Notes under the pieces: generated by a model | Database searches by the model: none | What the model saw: only the letters and a program-made list of their open reading frames with translations | Told to the model about the DNA's origin: nothing | Assembly (NCBI GenBank): GCA_013265495.1 | Contig: PNXW01002066.1 | Location: 1-54,145, forward strand | Length of the DNA: 54,145 nucleotides | Direction: 5' to 3' | Source of the DNA: Vicugna vicugna | Lineage: Eukaryota | Shown here: one piece after another, positions 39,501 to 51,960 of the stretch | How the letters are laid out: each line of letters begins with the position of its first letter | How positions within the stretch are numbered: the first letter of the stretch is position 1 | Made by a program: the position numbers and the translations under genes

Positions 39501-42291
39501 AGAAAACGGAACTGAAAAGCATGACTTATCTAAAGCTGAAGCCGAAAGATTAGTAGAAGGACTAAAAGAACAAAAATTAGAGATTCAACTTCTCACTGAA
39601 AAGAATATCCATTTAACTGAACAGATTGATCAGCTCTCCAAAGGTGAGGCTGGTAACCTAACCCAGCTTATCCAGCAGAAAGATTTGGAGATACAGTGTC
39701 TTCATACCAAAATATCTTCAGCTTCCTACACCCAAGACGAGGGGTGTCTTCAGCAGCAACTGCAAACGTATGCTTTGGAAAGAGAACAAATACTGGCTGT
39801 TTTAGACGAGAAGACTAAGGAAAATAGCATTCTTAAAAGGGAAAACTTCAGAATGGTGGATATCATTATGGACAAAGTGGCAGATCTTGAGAAGCTCCGA
39901 GATGCAAATATGAAACTACCCCCTAGAGCTGAAAGCAGTGCTGATCAGGATATGTGTAGAGAAACTATTCAGAATTTATCCCACATCATTCGAGAAAGAG
40001 ACATTGAAATGGATGCACTGAGTCAGAAATGTCAGACATTATTGATGGTTCTGCAGAATTCCAGCAGTGGTCATGAGGTTAATGGTGTTAAGGTTAATCA
40101 GTTTGAGGAGCTTCTACGGGAACGGGAACAATTAAAGCAGCAGGTTTCGATAATGGAAGAATGGAAACAGCACGTGGAGGCCACGGTACAAAATATGCAG
40201 CGTGGGTCAACCCATCTTCAGAACGAGCTTCAACAACTTCAGGCCCGGGTTTTCATGGACAGTGATGATAAATCTCAACTACACGTGAGCTATGCTGACC
40301 TGATCAAAAATTATGAAGAGAACAAAATCCGACTCAAAAACATGGAGATACAAGTTGCACAAATGCAGCTCAGCCTAGAGCAGCTTTGCAATGCCAAGGC
40401 TCTTCTACTAGGGAAACCTGAACTGACCTTACCGCAGCCCTCCACCGAATCGCCTCCTTCCGAGTCAGCTGCCTCTCTTGAGGCAGTTAAGTCTGATGGA
40501 TCTAGTGAGTCTTCAAAGTTGCTCCAAGAAGAGATAGAAGAGTTAAGAAAATCAACAGAGGAAAAAGATGCAGCAATTAGAACCCTCCGGGAGGATAATC
40601 AGAGACTGTCTGAGTCCATTGCAGCCGCCTCAGATCTCGACAGAAAACAACATGAAGACAGGGATTCCAAACTTCAGCAGCTCCAGGAGAAACAGGATGA
40701 CTTACAAAACTTACTCCAGGAAAAAGAGCTGTTGCTCAAAGCGAAAAGTGATGAGTTACTTTCTTTAAGTGAAGACTTCACTAATGAAGTGAGTGAAAAT
40801 GAAATTTTGAGGCAGGCGGTAATCAACCTGAAGGAGAGAGTCGCCAGTTTGGAAGTGGATATGTGTAAACTCAAAGAGGCCAATGAAAAAATAGTAGAAA
40901 CATGGAGGGAAAAGGAAACAGAAAATCAAGCACTACAACAGACAAACATGCGGCTTTCTATGATGCGGAGACAGGAACACTTGGAATGTGTGGCCGTGAA
41001 GGAAAAAGCTCTTGCCTTGGAGCACCTAGTGAAAGAAAAAGAACAAGGCAAGAGTGGGGAATTAAATCAGCTTTTGCGTGCAGTGACATCAATGCAAGAA
41101 AAGACACTTATTTTTCAACAGGAGAGAGATGAAGTCATGTTGGCACTGAAACAGAAGCAGATGGAGAACTGTGCCTTCCAGCGTGAGGTTCAACATTTAC
41201 AGGACAAAGAAGTACGTTTGAAGCAGGAGCTAGAGCGAGCACATCGCCTGGCTTTGGAATCCAGAGAGTCTCATAACCGTGAAGCCTTAGCTGCAGAAGA
41301 CAGAGCGGCTCAACTCAGGATGAAAGTGAAGGCACTGGAGGAAAAGCTCCTTCTGTCTTCTAACGCAATGGAAGATGCAAGCCAACGAGCCCGTTTGCGG
41401 ATGGAGTCATTGAAGGAACAACTGAATGTTGTCACCAGGCAAAAAGATGACATTTCACAACAGCTCTGTGCGTCCCGACAACAAGAAAAGCAGTATGCAC
41501 AAACACTAGCTAATCTGAAGATGGAACTTGCTGAATGGATGGAAAAGGCAGACGATCTAGAAGGGAAACTGCAGAAGGCTAAAGCTGTGTTGAATCTGAA
41601 GGAAGAAGAAATTAAAGTTTTGACAAAACAAAATGAGGTCCAACGGGAAGTGCTAGATGATGTGCAAAGGAAACTGCTGGACTTAGTAAGTAAAGCAGAA
41701 GAAAAGGTCGACAAAAGCTTAGTGAGGAAGCTCTTGATGGAGTATTTTCAAACACCCAGACCTCAACGCCATGAAGTGTTACAATTATTGGGAAACACTC
41801 TGGGCATTAAAAGGGAAGAAATGGAGCTGGTTTTTAATGAAGAGCAAGGCGGTGGTACCAGATGGATGGCTAGGTGGCTTGGGTCGAAAAGTGTCCCCAA
41901 CACACCTCTGAGACCAAATCAACAATTTATGCCTAAGAATTCTTTTTCAGAACTTTTTGCTCAATTTCTAGAAACAGAATCTCACTCTTCTAGTCCACCA
42001 TCAAAAGCCTCTACTGAAGATACAAAGACTTCCAGTTCACCGGGAAGGAAACAACTGGCTAAAAATGCCCCACCAAGTCTTACAACGACCCTAGGAGTCG
42101 CACCCAGAACACCCAGTGTGAATCACTGCTCCACTGTTGTTTCACTTATTAACCCACCTGGACCTACAACCGATGGATCGGAGCATCTTCTTTTAAATGC
42201 TGTTACTGATGTTCTGCCCACATATGCACCTTTGCTGCTGTCACCTGGCAAGAGCGCTGGAGTTGTGCCAAAAGACCGTTCAAAGCAGTAG
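36550..42291 (+). CDS. TRIP11: Intronless TRIP11 (GMAP-210 golgin)-like retrogene, 1913 aa, uninterrupted ORF
   Basis: The translation is colinear with recalled human TRIP11 from the N-terminal ALPS-like segment ([32 protein letters not shown] vs [33 protein letters not shown]), through the coiled coil ([29 protein letters not shown]), to the GRAB region (KVDK...RHEVL), [26 protein letters not shown] and the C-terminal SAGVV.KD..KQ. The parent gene is multi-exon, so a single ORF indicates a retrocopy rather than the parental locus. Confidence 0.95.
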   Translation: MSWFSGLSSSLGHSLGQVGGSVASFTGHITNFRKDVLRKGSEKVEVPESKTEVEDSQSILKSENERLKTLYSDLEEKYEASELQIRQQTTSYRHQLQQKDVDIKLLTARQIALKDQLLKLQSVSRSVDPAAGCVPPVTLPPPLGYDTSDHALAVQNNDMDFADLIWSQQEINRLSNEVLRLEADVNHWRHVAQKFTARGAESFDQNEICKLQTTIKELEQNRYKEIDDHQLEIVTMQSVHQQKLAEVSRSHRQKCRDYEERIGELENLLLHGGSGIGPTHDFQIHDVQEAIQILQAEKEESTKKIKELEDRMKYMNGKSSSVESERDVLRREQDRINEETKERTEEGELQPYVMKQSDAVTAKDRVLPPSTSMEEVFRAQQALSDADNEPMRLSSLSQDNDVIEHNLKLQERVQVVEKENSQLSQEKEGLQRSLVKLSNDYKVIKSTATRDINSGSEEHDLRCDLELKEGQLNERITKKELLIPELGELDEQKQETAERILLMKDQRSEQQHEGDGVIQKLKQELEEEKRRVRQLEDDQMNIIKELDMQKERLIQSELAANDLLLTKQKLEDKIEDLVHQLNQSQDCNVDIHKENCELKEVIKENKKELSRIKKAFARSLNQDPNGKVDSLKEHEAEVRNFRQNLSEIQELNVNLSKVAFDLKLENEKVVLALEHVRRQWEESIVGNNQKSLGKNTPVEALKLEKGQSKAELCQAEKRLLEEMRKNEQMIEEFSNTHHPDSSALHLEQECLMQLSQEKDSEIAELKNIEQIIADHKGTQAMLSSRLEEQEQLKQLIEEKEIFLEKLQGSSDPWEELEKYTQGLRKMELLQQTIEEKDTSLASMKEENSHLKEELERLREHSQTKSTINPNMLDTIVDLESESSPSSVTKGNLEEKVKHHPKQTKDPNQTKTQQCQSLQEMDGLANQQEQMNIEHTQLFAARGEEIENLQNAIEQIKSQLPEKSQHMPTEHSDVFQVTKVQSLNVENGTEKHDLSKAEAERLVEGLKEQKLEIQLLTEKNIHLTEQIDQLSKGEAGNLTQLIQQKDLEIQCLHTKISSASYTQDEGCLQQQLQTYALEREQILAVLDEKTKENSILKRENFRMVDIIMDKVADLEKLRDANMKLPPRAESSADQDMCRETIQNLSHIIRERDIEMDALSQKCQTLLMVLQNSSSGHEVNGVKVNQFEELLREREQLKQQVSIMEEWKQHVEATVQNMQRGSTHLQNELQQLQARVFMDSDDKSQLHVSYADLIKNYEENKIRLKNMEIQVAQMQLSLEQLCNAKALLLGKPELTLPQPSTESPPSESAASLEAVKSDGSSESSKLLQEEIEELRKSTEEKDAAIRTLREDNQRLSESIAAASDLDRKQHEDRDSKLQQLQEKQDDLQNLLQEKELLLKAKSDELLSLSEDFTNEVSENEILRQAVINLKERVASLEVDMCKLKEANEKIVETWREKETENQALQQTNMRLSMMRRQEHLECVAVKEKALALEHLVKEKEQGKSGELNQLLRAVTSMQEKTLIFQQERDEVMLALKQKQMENCAFQREVQHLQDKEVRLKQELERAHRLALESRESHNREALAAEDRAAQLRMKVKALEEKLLLSSNAMEDASQRARLRMESLKEQLNVVTRQKDDISQQLCASRQQEKQYAQTLANLKMELAEWMEKADDLEGKLQKAKAVLNLKEEEIKVLTKQNEVQREVLDDVQRKLLDLVSKAEEKVDKSLVRKLLMEYFQTPRPQRHEVLQLLGNTLGIKREEMELVFNEEQGGGTRWMARWLGSKSVPNTPLRPNQQFMPKNSFSELFAQFLETESHSSSPPSKASTEDTKTSSSPGRKQLAKNAPPSLTTTLGVAPRTPSVNHCSTVVSLINPPGPTTDGSEHLLLNAVTDVLPTYAPLLLSPGKSAGVVPKDRSKQ

Positions 42292-42414
42292 ATGCTTCTT
42301 CAGCCAGAGATGAGACAGTCCTAAAGAAACCGGGCACTACATTTGTGTACCTCACCACAACATGGCCTTAAAAAAAAATAAGGCCGTGTATATGTATTCA
42401 GTTTTACTTTGTTT

Positions 42415-42442
42415 AATAAAAATATTAATACCTAAAAAACAA
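42415..42442 (+). terminator. Polyadenylation signal AATAAA and residual A-tract of the retrocopy
   Basis: AATAAA at 42415-42420, about 125 nt after the stop, inside sequence resembling the TRIP11 proximal 3' UTR, followed by AAAAAACAA at about 42434-42442. Confidence 0.65.
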
Positions 42443-44079
42443 GTGTGTTGTAAGGACTTTGAAGATATTCACCAAACTTAAAGCAGTGGTTACTCCTTGT
42501 GAGAATGAGCTTTGGTGGGATGGGTGGCTGTGGTCCAAGGACACTTCAAATAGTTTGTAAGGCTTTTGATCAGCATTTAATAAAGCCATCAAAACCCCCT
42601 AAGACCATCAAATGGCCATGGCCAACTCCCTTGCCCATCTCAAGAGCCACTCCAGAGCTTCGCTGCTTTCCTGAATTATGATCGTGCCCTCGATACTAGA
42701 GGCCAGAAGTCCTGAACCCTCAATTTCCCACACCTGCTTCCTACGTTCAAGCATCCATCTGTTCTTCTCCATTCACCTCCGCTCTTTCCCCTTTTTTTTC
42801 AGAGGACAAGGGGTCCAGCTTTGCAGCTGAAGTCTCATGGCTCCTTTGTACCCTGGAAACTGTCCAGTCAAACGACGTCAAAGACCTCATTCCACTAATT
42901 TCCCATTCTGCTTTATCTTTAGTTGTCTCTTTCCCTGAACAGAAGAGCCTGCCAAAGCCTCTGCAAGCAAAGCATCCTCCTTTCTGCTCCTTCAGGTACC
43001 ACCTTCTATCTCTACCTTTCACAGCTGAGCTTCTGAAATTCTTCACTCCTTGTCACCATCTCACTTCTCACTGATTTCTTTTTGAAAGCTCCACAAAATC
43101 TTGTCTCAATGCCCCCTAATTTCCTGATGCATTAGAAATTCGTCTTTTTAGTTACTTAAGCTCTCTGTAGCATCGTATAAACGTTATCCCCATCTTCATT
43201 CTTTTAAATTCTCTCCACCTTCTTTCTTTTGGGGTGCCACTCGCCTTAGTTTCCCTTCCTGACATTAGGCTCTTTTCTCCCTGCTTCCTTTGTAACATCT
43301 TCGGACCACTTCGTAAGTGGGCATGTTCTCTAAGGGGCCATCTTCAGCTAAATGAGTCTTCTCCCTCTCACTGTAGGCACAGGGCAAGCTCACCCACTCC
43401 CCCGACTGGACGTTCACCTGGATGCCAGTGACTTTTGAATGCCTATATCTAACCTCACCCTTCTCCTGACTCCACCCTGATTTATCTGCTTGTCTGCTGG
43501 ATGTCTGTGGGCTTCTCAAAAGCAACATGTCTGAAAGGGAACTCAGCATCTGCCCTTAGAACCCTCCTCCCCCTCCCCTTTTGTCTTCTAATAAAACCTC
43601 TGTGCATCTTATCACCCAGGCAAGAGGCATCAGAGCCATGGTTTATCTCTCTGACTCGCCCACTCCATAGCCAATCAACTACCAGATAGACCTTACTTCC
43701 TTCCCTTCCTTTCTGTTCCCATGGCTCTGATGCAGCCTTTCCTGCTTCTTCCATGGGCTAGTACAATGGACTCCTCCCTACTCTTGGTGGTTCCAATCTC
43801 GAGCTCCCTTGGATCCATTTTGCATGCTGCTGTGAGGATGAACTTTCTAAGGTGAAGATCTGATGTTACTTCCCTGCTATAAATTACTTCAGGTTCCCCA
43901 TTACCCGGAGTCCACACTTTAACAGAATAACCAAGGCCTTGCCTGTGTAGCCTTAATTCCTGCTCATCCCCTTCATGTGGACCACCTTCCAGCCACGTGA
44001 GACTTCTTGCAAACACGAATGGACTCTTACCCAAATAGCTGTGAGCCCATGAGGCCAATCATAGCAGGGTAATGCCTTC

Positions 44080-46845
44080 CACAAAGTGCAGATCAGAAGA
44101 GTTTGATTGGCCTCCTCTTCACTTGTTGGTGGGGCGGGAATTCCCACCCTAAAGCTGTGGGGAGGGGCTGAACACTGAACAGGTGGGTCTCATAGCAGGT
44201 TATTAGTCACATAGACTCATAGTCCAGGGGGTGGAGGGCACGGCAACAGCAGGCAGGGCCACACGGAGGTTGCACTTGGGAACAGAGTGAACCAGCAGGG
44301 GCTCTCGGGGGCAGACTTTGGAGTAACAAGAGGGCGGAGGTGACTCCGTTGTCCACTGGATGGTGTGATTCCCTTCTCTAAATGATTTCACAGGCTGGCA
44401 GGGCACTGGAGGCGGCTACTTGGGGGTAAACTGCAGCTGTTCCGGGTGATAAGGAGGGCGATTTGGCCTGGGGACCTGACCTATGGGAGCAGAAGGGGAG
44501 GACAGTTTGAAGTTAGACCATTTTAAGCGCCTCTGTTTTGCCTCTAGTCCCCTTAATCCTGGGGGAATAAAACGGAAGGCAGTACTTAACCTTGAATCTT
44601 GATTTCAGGGTGAATACCAGAATGGATTCTTTGATACCTTGGTATCAATTTAAAGCTTGGTGATTGAGAGTTTTAGGAAATAGAAGTCCTTCCCTAGGAA
44701 GTGACGTTGCCACTTGACCAAGAGGGAGAGGTGATCATCCATAATACAAAGTGTGTGGACTCTTTCCTATTGATGTCCACTCAGTTGACCCCAAGGGGTC
44801 TGGGAGAAGGGGTGATGTCCTCTAGCACTACAGCATCTGGCAATGAACTGAGGACAGGAGGCCACCCCCACCTACAGGTGAATGGGCCAGAGGACTCAGG
44901 TTTGGCTTCGTCTTGTAGCAAGGAGGCCTTGAGAACCACACCGACCTTGTGAGATTCCACTTCCATGACTCAAAGAATAACAGGACACTGAGTATGGATG
45001 CTCAGATCCTGTAAGAGACTGTTTTCCAAGGAGCCCAGTGCAGAGCCAGCAATTCCTGCTCTGATGGTACGTGATTCAGGCCCAAGGAGGGCAATTTCTT
45101 GCATCAGAAGCCCCCGGACAACTTACGGACATCATAGGTGGTCCAGAGACCCCAGCAAGCACAGGAGAACGTTGCTAAATCCTCTTCACTGAGAGGAGTG
45201 CTTGTTGATCTTAATTTAGACAGACTCTAGAGTCCTTTGTCGGAGGGGCTCCCACTCACGGTGGGCTTCTTTAAAAGTGACAGCATAAATGGGCTTAAAC
45301 ACAATTTGTAAACAAGGAGCACGTTGCCTGCAGAGTCCCAAAAGGACTCAAAGATGTCGGATGCGATTGTATGTCCTTTACAAGTGTTTCAAATAAATGT
45401 CCTCAGAGGAGGATGTCATCAAGGTGATGTCGTACCTGTCGTCCTGGAGAAGGGTGGATACAGTTATGATCCTGTCTGCAAAGATCATCTGTGACAGCAG
45501 AGCTGCTAGGTGCCGTGTGGGTAACAAGGCAGCAGAGTACCGTGTCCCTTTGGAGAGAAGGCCAACTGGCCGAGAGGAGGTTGAAGTAGACGTTGCTGGT
45601 AAGGTGACTTTGTCCATGGCCTGGGTCAGGCCCCCAAGCCCCTGATGAGCAGATCAGTCCTCTGGTGTGCTGGTAAGCACCTACAGGAAGCAAAGCCCAC
45701 ATGTATTGATTAGGGGTTTTGCACTGAGAGAGCAGTTGAATATCAAGGCCCCTTCCCCCAACTTTTTGTTTCATCAGTTCCTTGGCCATGGGCTGTCATG
45801 GATGTGCACCTCAGTACCTTTAGGGATCAGGAGAGCTCACGACAGCAGCAAGGGAAGCAGCAGCACAGGACACACAGCACAAGGAGTCATCCCCAGGACG
45901 GTGCTGGGCCAGGGGCACTTTCCCAAACACAGTCTCTGTGGCTGCCCCAGTGGCGGCCATCAGGCTGGACACAGTGACCAAAGTGCAAGTCCCACACCCA
46001 GCACGTGGAAGTCAAGCGCCCACCAGTTAGGGCATCGTGTTGTCCCTGGTCTCAGGTAGGAGCCTCGGAGTCCACCTGCCAGGCACAAGCCACAGCTGAT
46101 GGTACGTTAACTCCGGGATATAGTCAATGTACAATAGTTTTCGCCTAGTTGGCGAGAATGAGACGTGAGGATGGGAAGAGATGGCAACATCCGTTGGAGA
46201 CAACAGAATGTGAGCTAAAGCCCAGGCGGGTCAGCAAGTGGCACTTACATCCCAGGCAGTAACCGCTGCCTTATGAACCAGTTACCTAGCAAAGGAGCGG
46301 GTAGTTAAAGCGGACCAGGTATCCCCGGTTGAGGTTAGACCATCCTGTTCATGAGTCAGTGTTTTTACTCAACTCTTCCTCAATCCATGGGCGAGAGTAG
46401 AGATTCCTACCCTAGGCTGACAGGGCCGACTGAACACACAACCCTCGACGCCACACAGATGGGACGAACAGTAGCTTACTAGTCTCACAGACCGGGGAAG
46501 GACACCACACACCACGCAGGGCCACACGGAGGGTGGCACTTCAGAACAGAGTGAACAAGCCACAGCTTAGGAGGCAGATTTTGTGGGGATGAGCCCTGGT
46601 TCTGGCAGGAGGGTGTGATGGGCTTGTCTGAGTAATTCCATGGGCTGATAGGGGATTGAAGCCTGCTGCTCGGGAATAAGCAGGCACTGGGTCTGGTCCC
46701 TGTGAGAAGGATCATTTCACTCAGGGACCTTGTATATGGGAGAAGAGGGAGTGGGGAACTGTACTTAGGTCATTTGAGGCCCTCTCGGTTTTTCCAGATG
46801 CTAAGACAGCTCTCAATATTGAATCTTAGTTTCAAGCCTCATGCT
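44080..46845. mobile_element. Degenerate LTR element with two related LTR-like blocks (about 44080-44620 and 46290-46845), ERVL/MER74-like
   Basis: Shared text GCAGGGCCACACGGAGG..GCACTT..GAACAGAGTGAA at about 44252 and 46516, and GGGACCT...TATGGGAG at about 44470 and 46723. Boundaries are approximate. Confidence 0.5.
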
Positions 46846-47197
46846 ACAAGAAAGTATTAAAAAGTATTTCTTCCTAGAACTAATAATTCAGTTCAATAAA
46901 GTCATAGGATACAAAATAAACACAAAAGTCAACTGTATTTCTAGATACTAGCAGTGACCACGTGGACATCAAAATTTAACATATGTGTATAATTGCAAAT
47001 AAAAATAAAATACGTGTGTAAATCTAACAAAACATGTCCAGGACTAGTATACTGACAACTATACAACACTGATAAAAGAAATCAATGAGCTAAATAAGTG
47101 GAGAAATAGACCGTGGTCATGAATGGGAAGACTAAGTATGGGAAAGATGTCAATTCTCCCAAAAATATAGATTTAATGCAATTAAATAGACAGATTT

Positions 47198-47457
47198 TTT
47201 CTTTTTTTTAACATTTTTTATTGATTTATAATCATTTTATAATGTTGTGTCAAATTTCAGTGTTCAACACAATTTTTCACTCATACATGGACATATACAC
47301 ACTCATTGTCACATTTTTTTTTTTCTAAAAAAAATTTTTTCTCTGTGGGCTACCATAACATTTTGTGTATATTTCCCTGTGCTATACAGTATAATCTTGT
47401 TTATCTATTCTACAATTTTGAAATCCCAGTCTATCCCTTCCCACCCTCCGCCCCCCC
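47198..47457 (-). mobile_element. 5'-truncated young L1 3' end with 15 bp TSD, inserted in an older + strand L1 (about 46860-47780)
   Basis: T-rich tail followed by camelid-type L1 3' UTR; TAAATAGACAGATTT at 47183-47197 and 47458-47472. Confidence 0.8.
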
Positions 47458-49887
47458 TAAATAGACAGATTTAATGCAGTTCCTATCAAAACCCAGTAAG
47501 AATTTTTTGTAGGTACAGACAAGATCGTTCTAAAACTTGTATGGAAAGCTAAAGGAACAAGAATAGCTAAAACAATTTTGAAGGAAGTACTATGTGGGAG
47601 CAACCAGTCTACCAGCTTCAAAACTTATCATACAGTTGCAGCCACCAAGACTGTATAGGCAGAGGGCTAGACGCAAGATCAATGAACAGGGAAACCCAGA
47701 AACAGTCCCACACAAATATGCTTAGCTGATTTTTGACAAAGGTGCAAAAGCAATTCCAAGGAGGAAAGACAGCCTTTTCAACAGGTTACACCTATGGAAA
47801 GCTTGTGAGGAAACTGCACGCCCAAAACTTGGAAAACAGGACCAGCAAAGAAGGAAGCTGATGGTTTGACTGAGGTACTGCCAGGTGGTGATGGGGAGGG
47901 GAGGGGCAATGTGCACTCAGATCAGGATGAAAGCTGCAAGTGCTGGGTAACAGTTGATTGCATCTTTCTGAATCCAGCTGCTTCTGATTGATCAGCTCCA
48001 CAGGCTCCGATCATTTTCCCATCAGCCCCCACACTGCAAACTCAGGTCACCCCCTAACTGAGCATCCAGTGCTCCAGACTCCATTAGCCTTCTCATTAGC
48101 ATCATTCTCAGGCCATCTGAGGTAGCAAGGTGGATCTCAGGGACTCCAAAGGTATATCCTCTCAGGTTCAAGCCTGCCAGAAAAGAGAGCTCTTCTAGAC
48201 TTACCAACTCCCATTCAACTCCTGATCGGACCCATCTGGTCACCAACTCTCTGCCCCTCTCTCCCCACCCCCACCCCTGCTACACTTCTGAAGTGTAACT
48301 AGGGTGATCTTGGGTGTGATTGGCCAGGCCTTGGAAAGATTACACACCCCAGTGTGAGGCATGGAACCTCACCTGATCCACGTGGACTAAAAGGAGAGTT
48401 TAGTTCTCCATAATAAACTCTAGCTGTTGTTAGAGAAGAAATACTGCATAGTGAAAGCAGCAAATGTCCACCCTGGCCTCTCAGGGAGGAGTTCCATGTT
48501 TAAACTCAGCTTTTTGCTTCCAATACTAATTAATGTTCACAGGGATTTTAAACTCTAGTTTCTCATCTCTTGACTTTATCAGAGGATGCAGATTTAGTTT
48601 GCAGTGACCGTTCTCTGGTTGGGACCCCAAAGTAGTCTCATATCTTGAGGCATCATGTGGCTTGAGATGGGTTAGCTTTCCATTTCCAGGTTCCACTCCT
48701 GTATCATAAAGTTCCCGCCCCTTGCTTAATGGAGCTTAAAAGGAATGAGTTGGCCTTGCCTGCTGGAAGCCTTTGGAGTAGAAAAGCTGACCAAAGTTCT
48801 CTGAATCATCAGTTCCTCTGAATCGAAGGCTCAGTAAACATTAGAGGTAGTTTTCTCATGAAAGAACAAGTGTATCAACACAAATGCCTCCACCTTTTGC
48901 CAGTCACCCTCAGCTTCACCATCCAGACCTATGGGATTGACACTTTATACTGCTCGCTGTTGACACATTACCCATGAACACTCATGGAACATGTACACTG
49001 CCAAGCTGGGTGACTATATTTATTCAGTGGTTTGCATTACCCTCTTGGCAGAGGACTATTCAGAGAAAGCAGTGTATTTCATCTCATCACATTCCCCCAG
49101 GCAGAACTCCGTAACTTCAGCCTTCCCCACTTTCATTTCTACTTTGGGTACCAATGAGCTCTTGTCCCTCCATTGAATACTAAGCAAGCATTTAGATACC
49201 TGATCTTGCCCCAAGATACGTGTACTGGATTTTTGTTGATGTTTGTTTACGTTGCATGTGTTTGTGTATGATCCAAAGTTCTTAGAAGTTTCAGTATATC
49301 CATTCCTTGCTCCTGACAGGTGATGAAATGGAATATGCAAACACACTTTAAATAATTTATTTAGAAAATGTCTTACAGTAAGTCAAGTATGAAGTATATG
49401 TAATGAACATCTTGAATTGACATAATAATGAAGCAAACACACGTGAACCCACTCCGGCTTGAGAAATATTGAGGAGTCCATCTGCTCCTTCCCCATTCCC
49501 TTTCCCCCTAGTCTCGTACTCTCCCCACTCCCTAAAGGTCACAAAAACCCTGATTCCTATTTTTCCCCATTCCTTTACTTTTCTGTATATTTGTTTACCA
49601 TATATGTGTGTTTTCCTAAATAATATTAGTTTTGCTTGGGTTGAACTTTACAAAAATGTTGTATTTCTTCTTTCACTGAATATTATGTTTTTGAGATTCA
49701 GCCATTGATACTCGTAACTGGTAACTCTAGTTCATTAGTTTTTACTGCTACATAGTTCTCCATTGTATTAGTTTTCCACACATACCTTCCTTCACAGCGT
49801 TTCAAAGGCGATCCTGTGTGCCTAGCTCTTCACCCAGTTCCTGCCACAGAGGCGGCGCTCAATAAATACTTGTTCAACAGCTGAATG

Positions 49888-50030
49888 AGGAGGGAGGGTA
49901 TAGCTCAAGTGGTAGCGCAGCATGCCTAGCCATGCTCCAGGTCCTGGGTTCAATTCCCAGTACTTCCTCTAAAAATAAGTAAGTAACCCTAATTACCTCC
50001 CTCCAAAACAAGGAATAAACAATAAAATGC
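49888..50030 (+). mobile_element. tRNA-derived camelid SINE
   Basis: GGGAGGGTATAGCTCAAGTGGTAG...GGTCCTGGGTTCAATTCCCAGTAC plus an A-rich tail, about 150 bp upstream of the LCMT1 promoter. Confidence 0.82.
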
Positions 50031-50169
50031 TTTTTTTTTAAATTAGCTGAATCAGATCTAGCTGACTGTAATACTGATACTTGTTTCCTCCGGCTTCTCT
50101 GCCCTTCGCTCCAATGCTGAGACTCCTGTCAGCTCTTCTGCCCTGAGTTAATTACAGTTATAAAATTTC

Positions 50170-50820
50170 TTGACGAGCCGTTAAGAAACCGTTAAGAAAC
50201 CGTTAAGGAACCGGCGGTCCGCCCCAAACTCCTAAGACTACAGTTCCCGGAAAGCATTGCAGTGCTCTCTTGCGTCAATTTCAATTGACCTTCCTGTTAT
50301 GAAAACTTCCGGGTTGCATGGGCGGGGCCAAAAGAATTCCCCAATGAGCACCTCCGTGGGCCGAGGGGGTAGCGAAACTGTCCAACGAGCGTCTCGACAG
50401 GGGCGCCAATACGCGCGGAGGTTGCTGGGGCAGCTGCTGTGGGCGGTGTCACTGCGCCGCGCCCGCTGAACCGGGAGGAGCCCAGCCCCTCTCTTCTACC
50501 TTGTCGGGGTCTTGCTCCTTGTCCCGACGTCTGTCGACCCCGCTTCCATGTACCCAGTGGGCCCCGCACCCCCGAAGCCTGCACGCCCATGGCCACTAGC
50601 CTGAGGAGGCCGTCTTTCACCTCCCGTTCTTCCCACTCTAACGACACGGACGACGAGGGTGTGCGCGGTGCTTGAGAAGATGCTTCTATACGTAAGAGGT
50701 GCCTGCAGGCGCGGGATTAGGGGCCGCCGTCCCCGGGGGGGCTGGGGCCTAGGTGGGAGGCGGGCCTGTGTGTAAGGAATACGCTTTTACGCCAAAGGCA
50801 CCGGTCAACTCGTGCGACAC
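50170..50820 (+). promoter_or_regulatory. LCMT1 CpG-island promoter
   Basis: CpG-rich block with a ZNF143/THAP11-type motif GACTACAGTTCCCGGAAAGCATTGC (50236-50260), an ETS-like ACTTCCGG (about 50305), a GC box GGGCGGGGC (about 50320) and CCAAT boxes (about 50341, 50406). Confidence 0.75.
50589..50698 (+). pseudogene. LCMT1: LCMT1 coding exon 1 of a second copy, with premature stop
   Basis: MATSLRRPSFTSRSSHSNDTDDEGVRGA*EDASIRKR vs LCMT1 ...DADDEGVRGTCEDASLCKR. TGA at 50673-50675 replaces Cys. Donor AG|gtgcct. Confidence 0.9.
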
Positions 50821-51714
50821 CTGTGAAGTTTATAGAGTAGGGGTTCATTTAGTTAACTCATAATTATCTAAACTTCTTGTGTGCCAGGCACGGTACGAGC
50901 CTGGGGATCCCGTGACTGGGATATGGCGCTGAATCAGGCAGACGTGAACTTGGCCTCCTTGGAGCCAAAGTCTTGCTGCAAACACACATGAAGCAAGTAA
51001 CAACTGCAGTCTTGATGGGTTATGAGGAGAAGCGCAGGTTCTCCCTCTTTTATAGGTTGCATTCCATTGGGACTAGTCACGATCTCCAATGTGCACCTGA
51101 AACTCAAGTTAAGGGGGGAAATGACTTGTGCAGGACCACATAGTACTTGCGTGCAGAATCAGTACTTTCCAGAGCTCTTGCCTGTGTGCTCCAGGAGTCT
51201 ACACTTTTAGGGAGTGTGAGCACAGGTACGTGAAAGCCTGAAAAAGAAAACATGAGGCTTGAGTGTTCTCCACTCATTCATTCAGCAAAAATGATCCAGA
51301 GCTTACTTTGGGGCAGGCCCTTCCTTTTGGCTGGTTGGTGGATATTCCAGTACCTGGGAACACGTGATGAACAAGACTAACATGGTGTGGGAACTCACTG
51401 TCTAGTGGGAAAAGGCAGACAGGGAGGAAACAATTACCCATGAAATAATTACAATTTTGTGTTGAGTGCTGAGAAATACGGGGCACCATTAGGGTTTGTA
51501 ATTTAGGCAATAATGTTTGAGCTGAGAACAGAAGGCTTAAAAAAAAAGTAAATCGGGATGTTGGTGTGTTCAGGCTGAGCAGGGAAGGAGCATGGTCTGT
51601 TAGAGGAACTGTGTGAACGTCCTGGAAGCTGGGGCCATGTAGGGACTGTAGGGGAGGGAAGAACAAAGTTTTGGGTTAAGGCTTGTACTTTTTGTCGGTT
51701 CTTGGAAACAAAGC

Positions 51715-51960
51715 ATAGTGTGTTTCAGAACATGAACTCTGGAGCCAGACTATCAAGCTGGTCCCAGCTCTGCTATTTGCTAGCTGTGTAAACTTGGGCA
51801 AGTTACTGAACCACTCTGTGTCTCAGTTTCCTGATCTGTAAAATGGGCATGATAATAACGCCCAATCATGGGCGCTTGTAAAGATGAAAGGATAGTCAAC
51901 ATTAGTAGAGTACTTGAAGCAGTGTCTGGCGAGTAGTAGGTGTTAGTAGTGGTTCATTAA
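51715..51960 (+). mobile_element. MIR SINE (one of several, e.g. about 16700-16830, 18030-18180, 28500-28610, 52870-53010)
   Basis: MIR core CTTGGGCAAGTTACT...CTCAGTTTCCTGATCTGTAAAATGGG. Confidence 0.8.

Noticed and set aside
36550..42291. Parental TRIP11 gene
   Set aside because: No introns, strong divergence, and ARHGAP17/LCMT1 neighbours, which are not TRIP11's known context.
35950..42450. Target-site duplication of the retrocopy
   Set aside because: Only a loose resemblance between AAAAAAGCAG...GTGTG upstream and AAAAAACAAGTGTG downstream; no convincing direct repeat.
50439..50675. 78 aa ORF as a functional N-terminally extended LCMT1
   Set aside because: It ends at the premature TGA within exon 1, before the splice donor.
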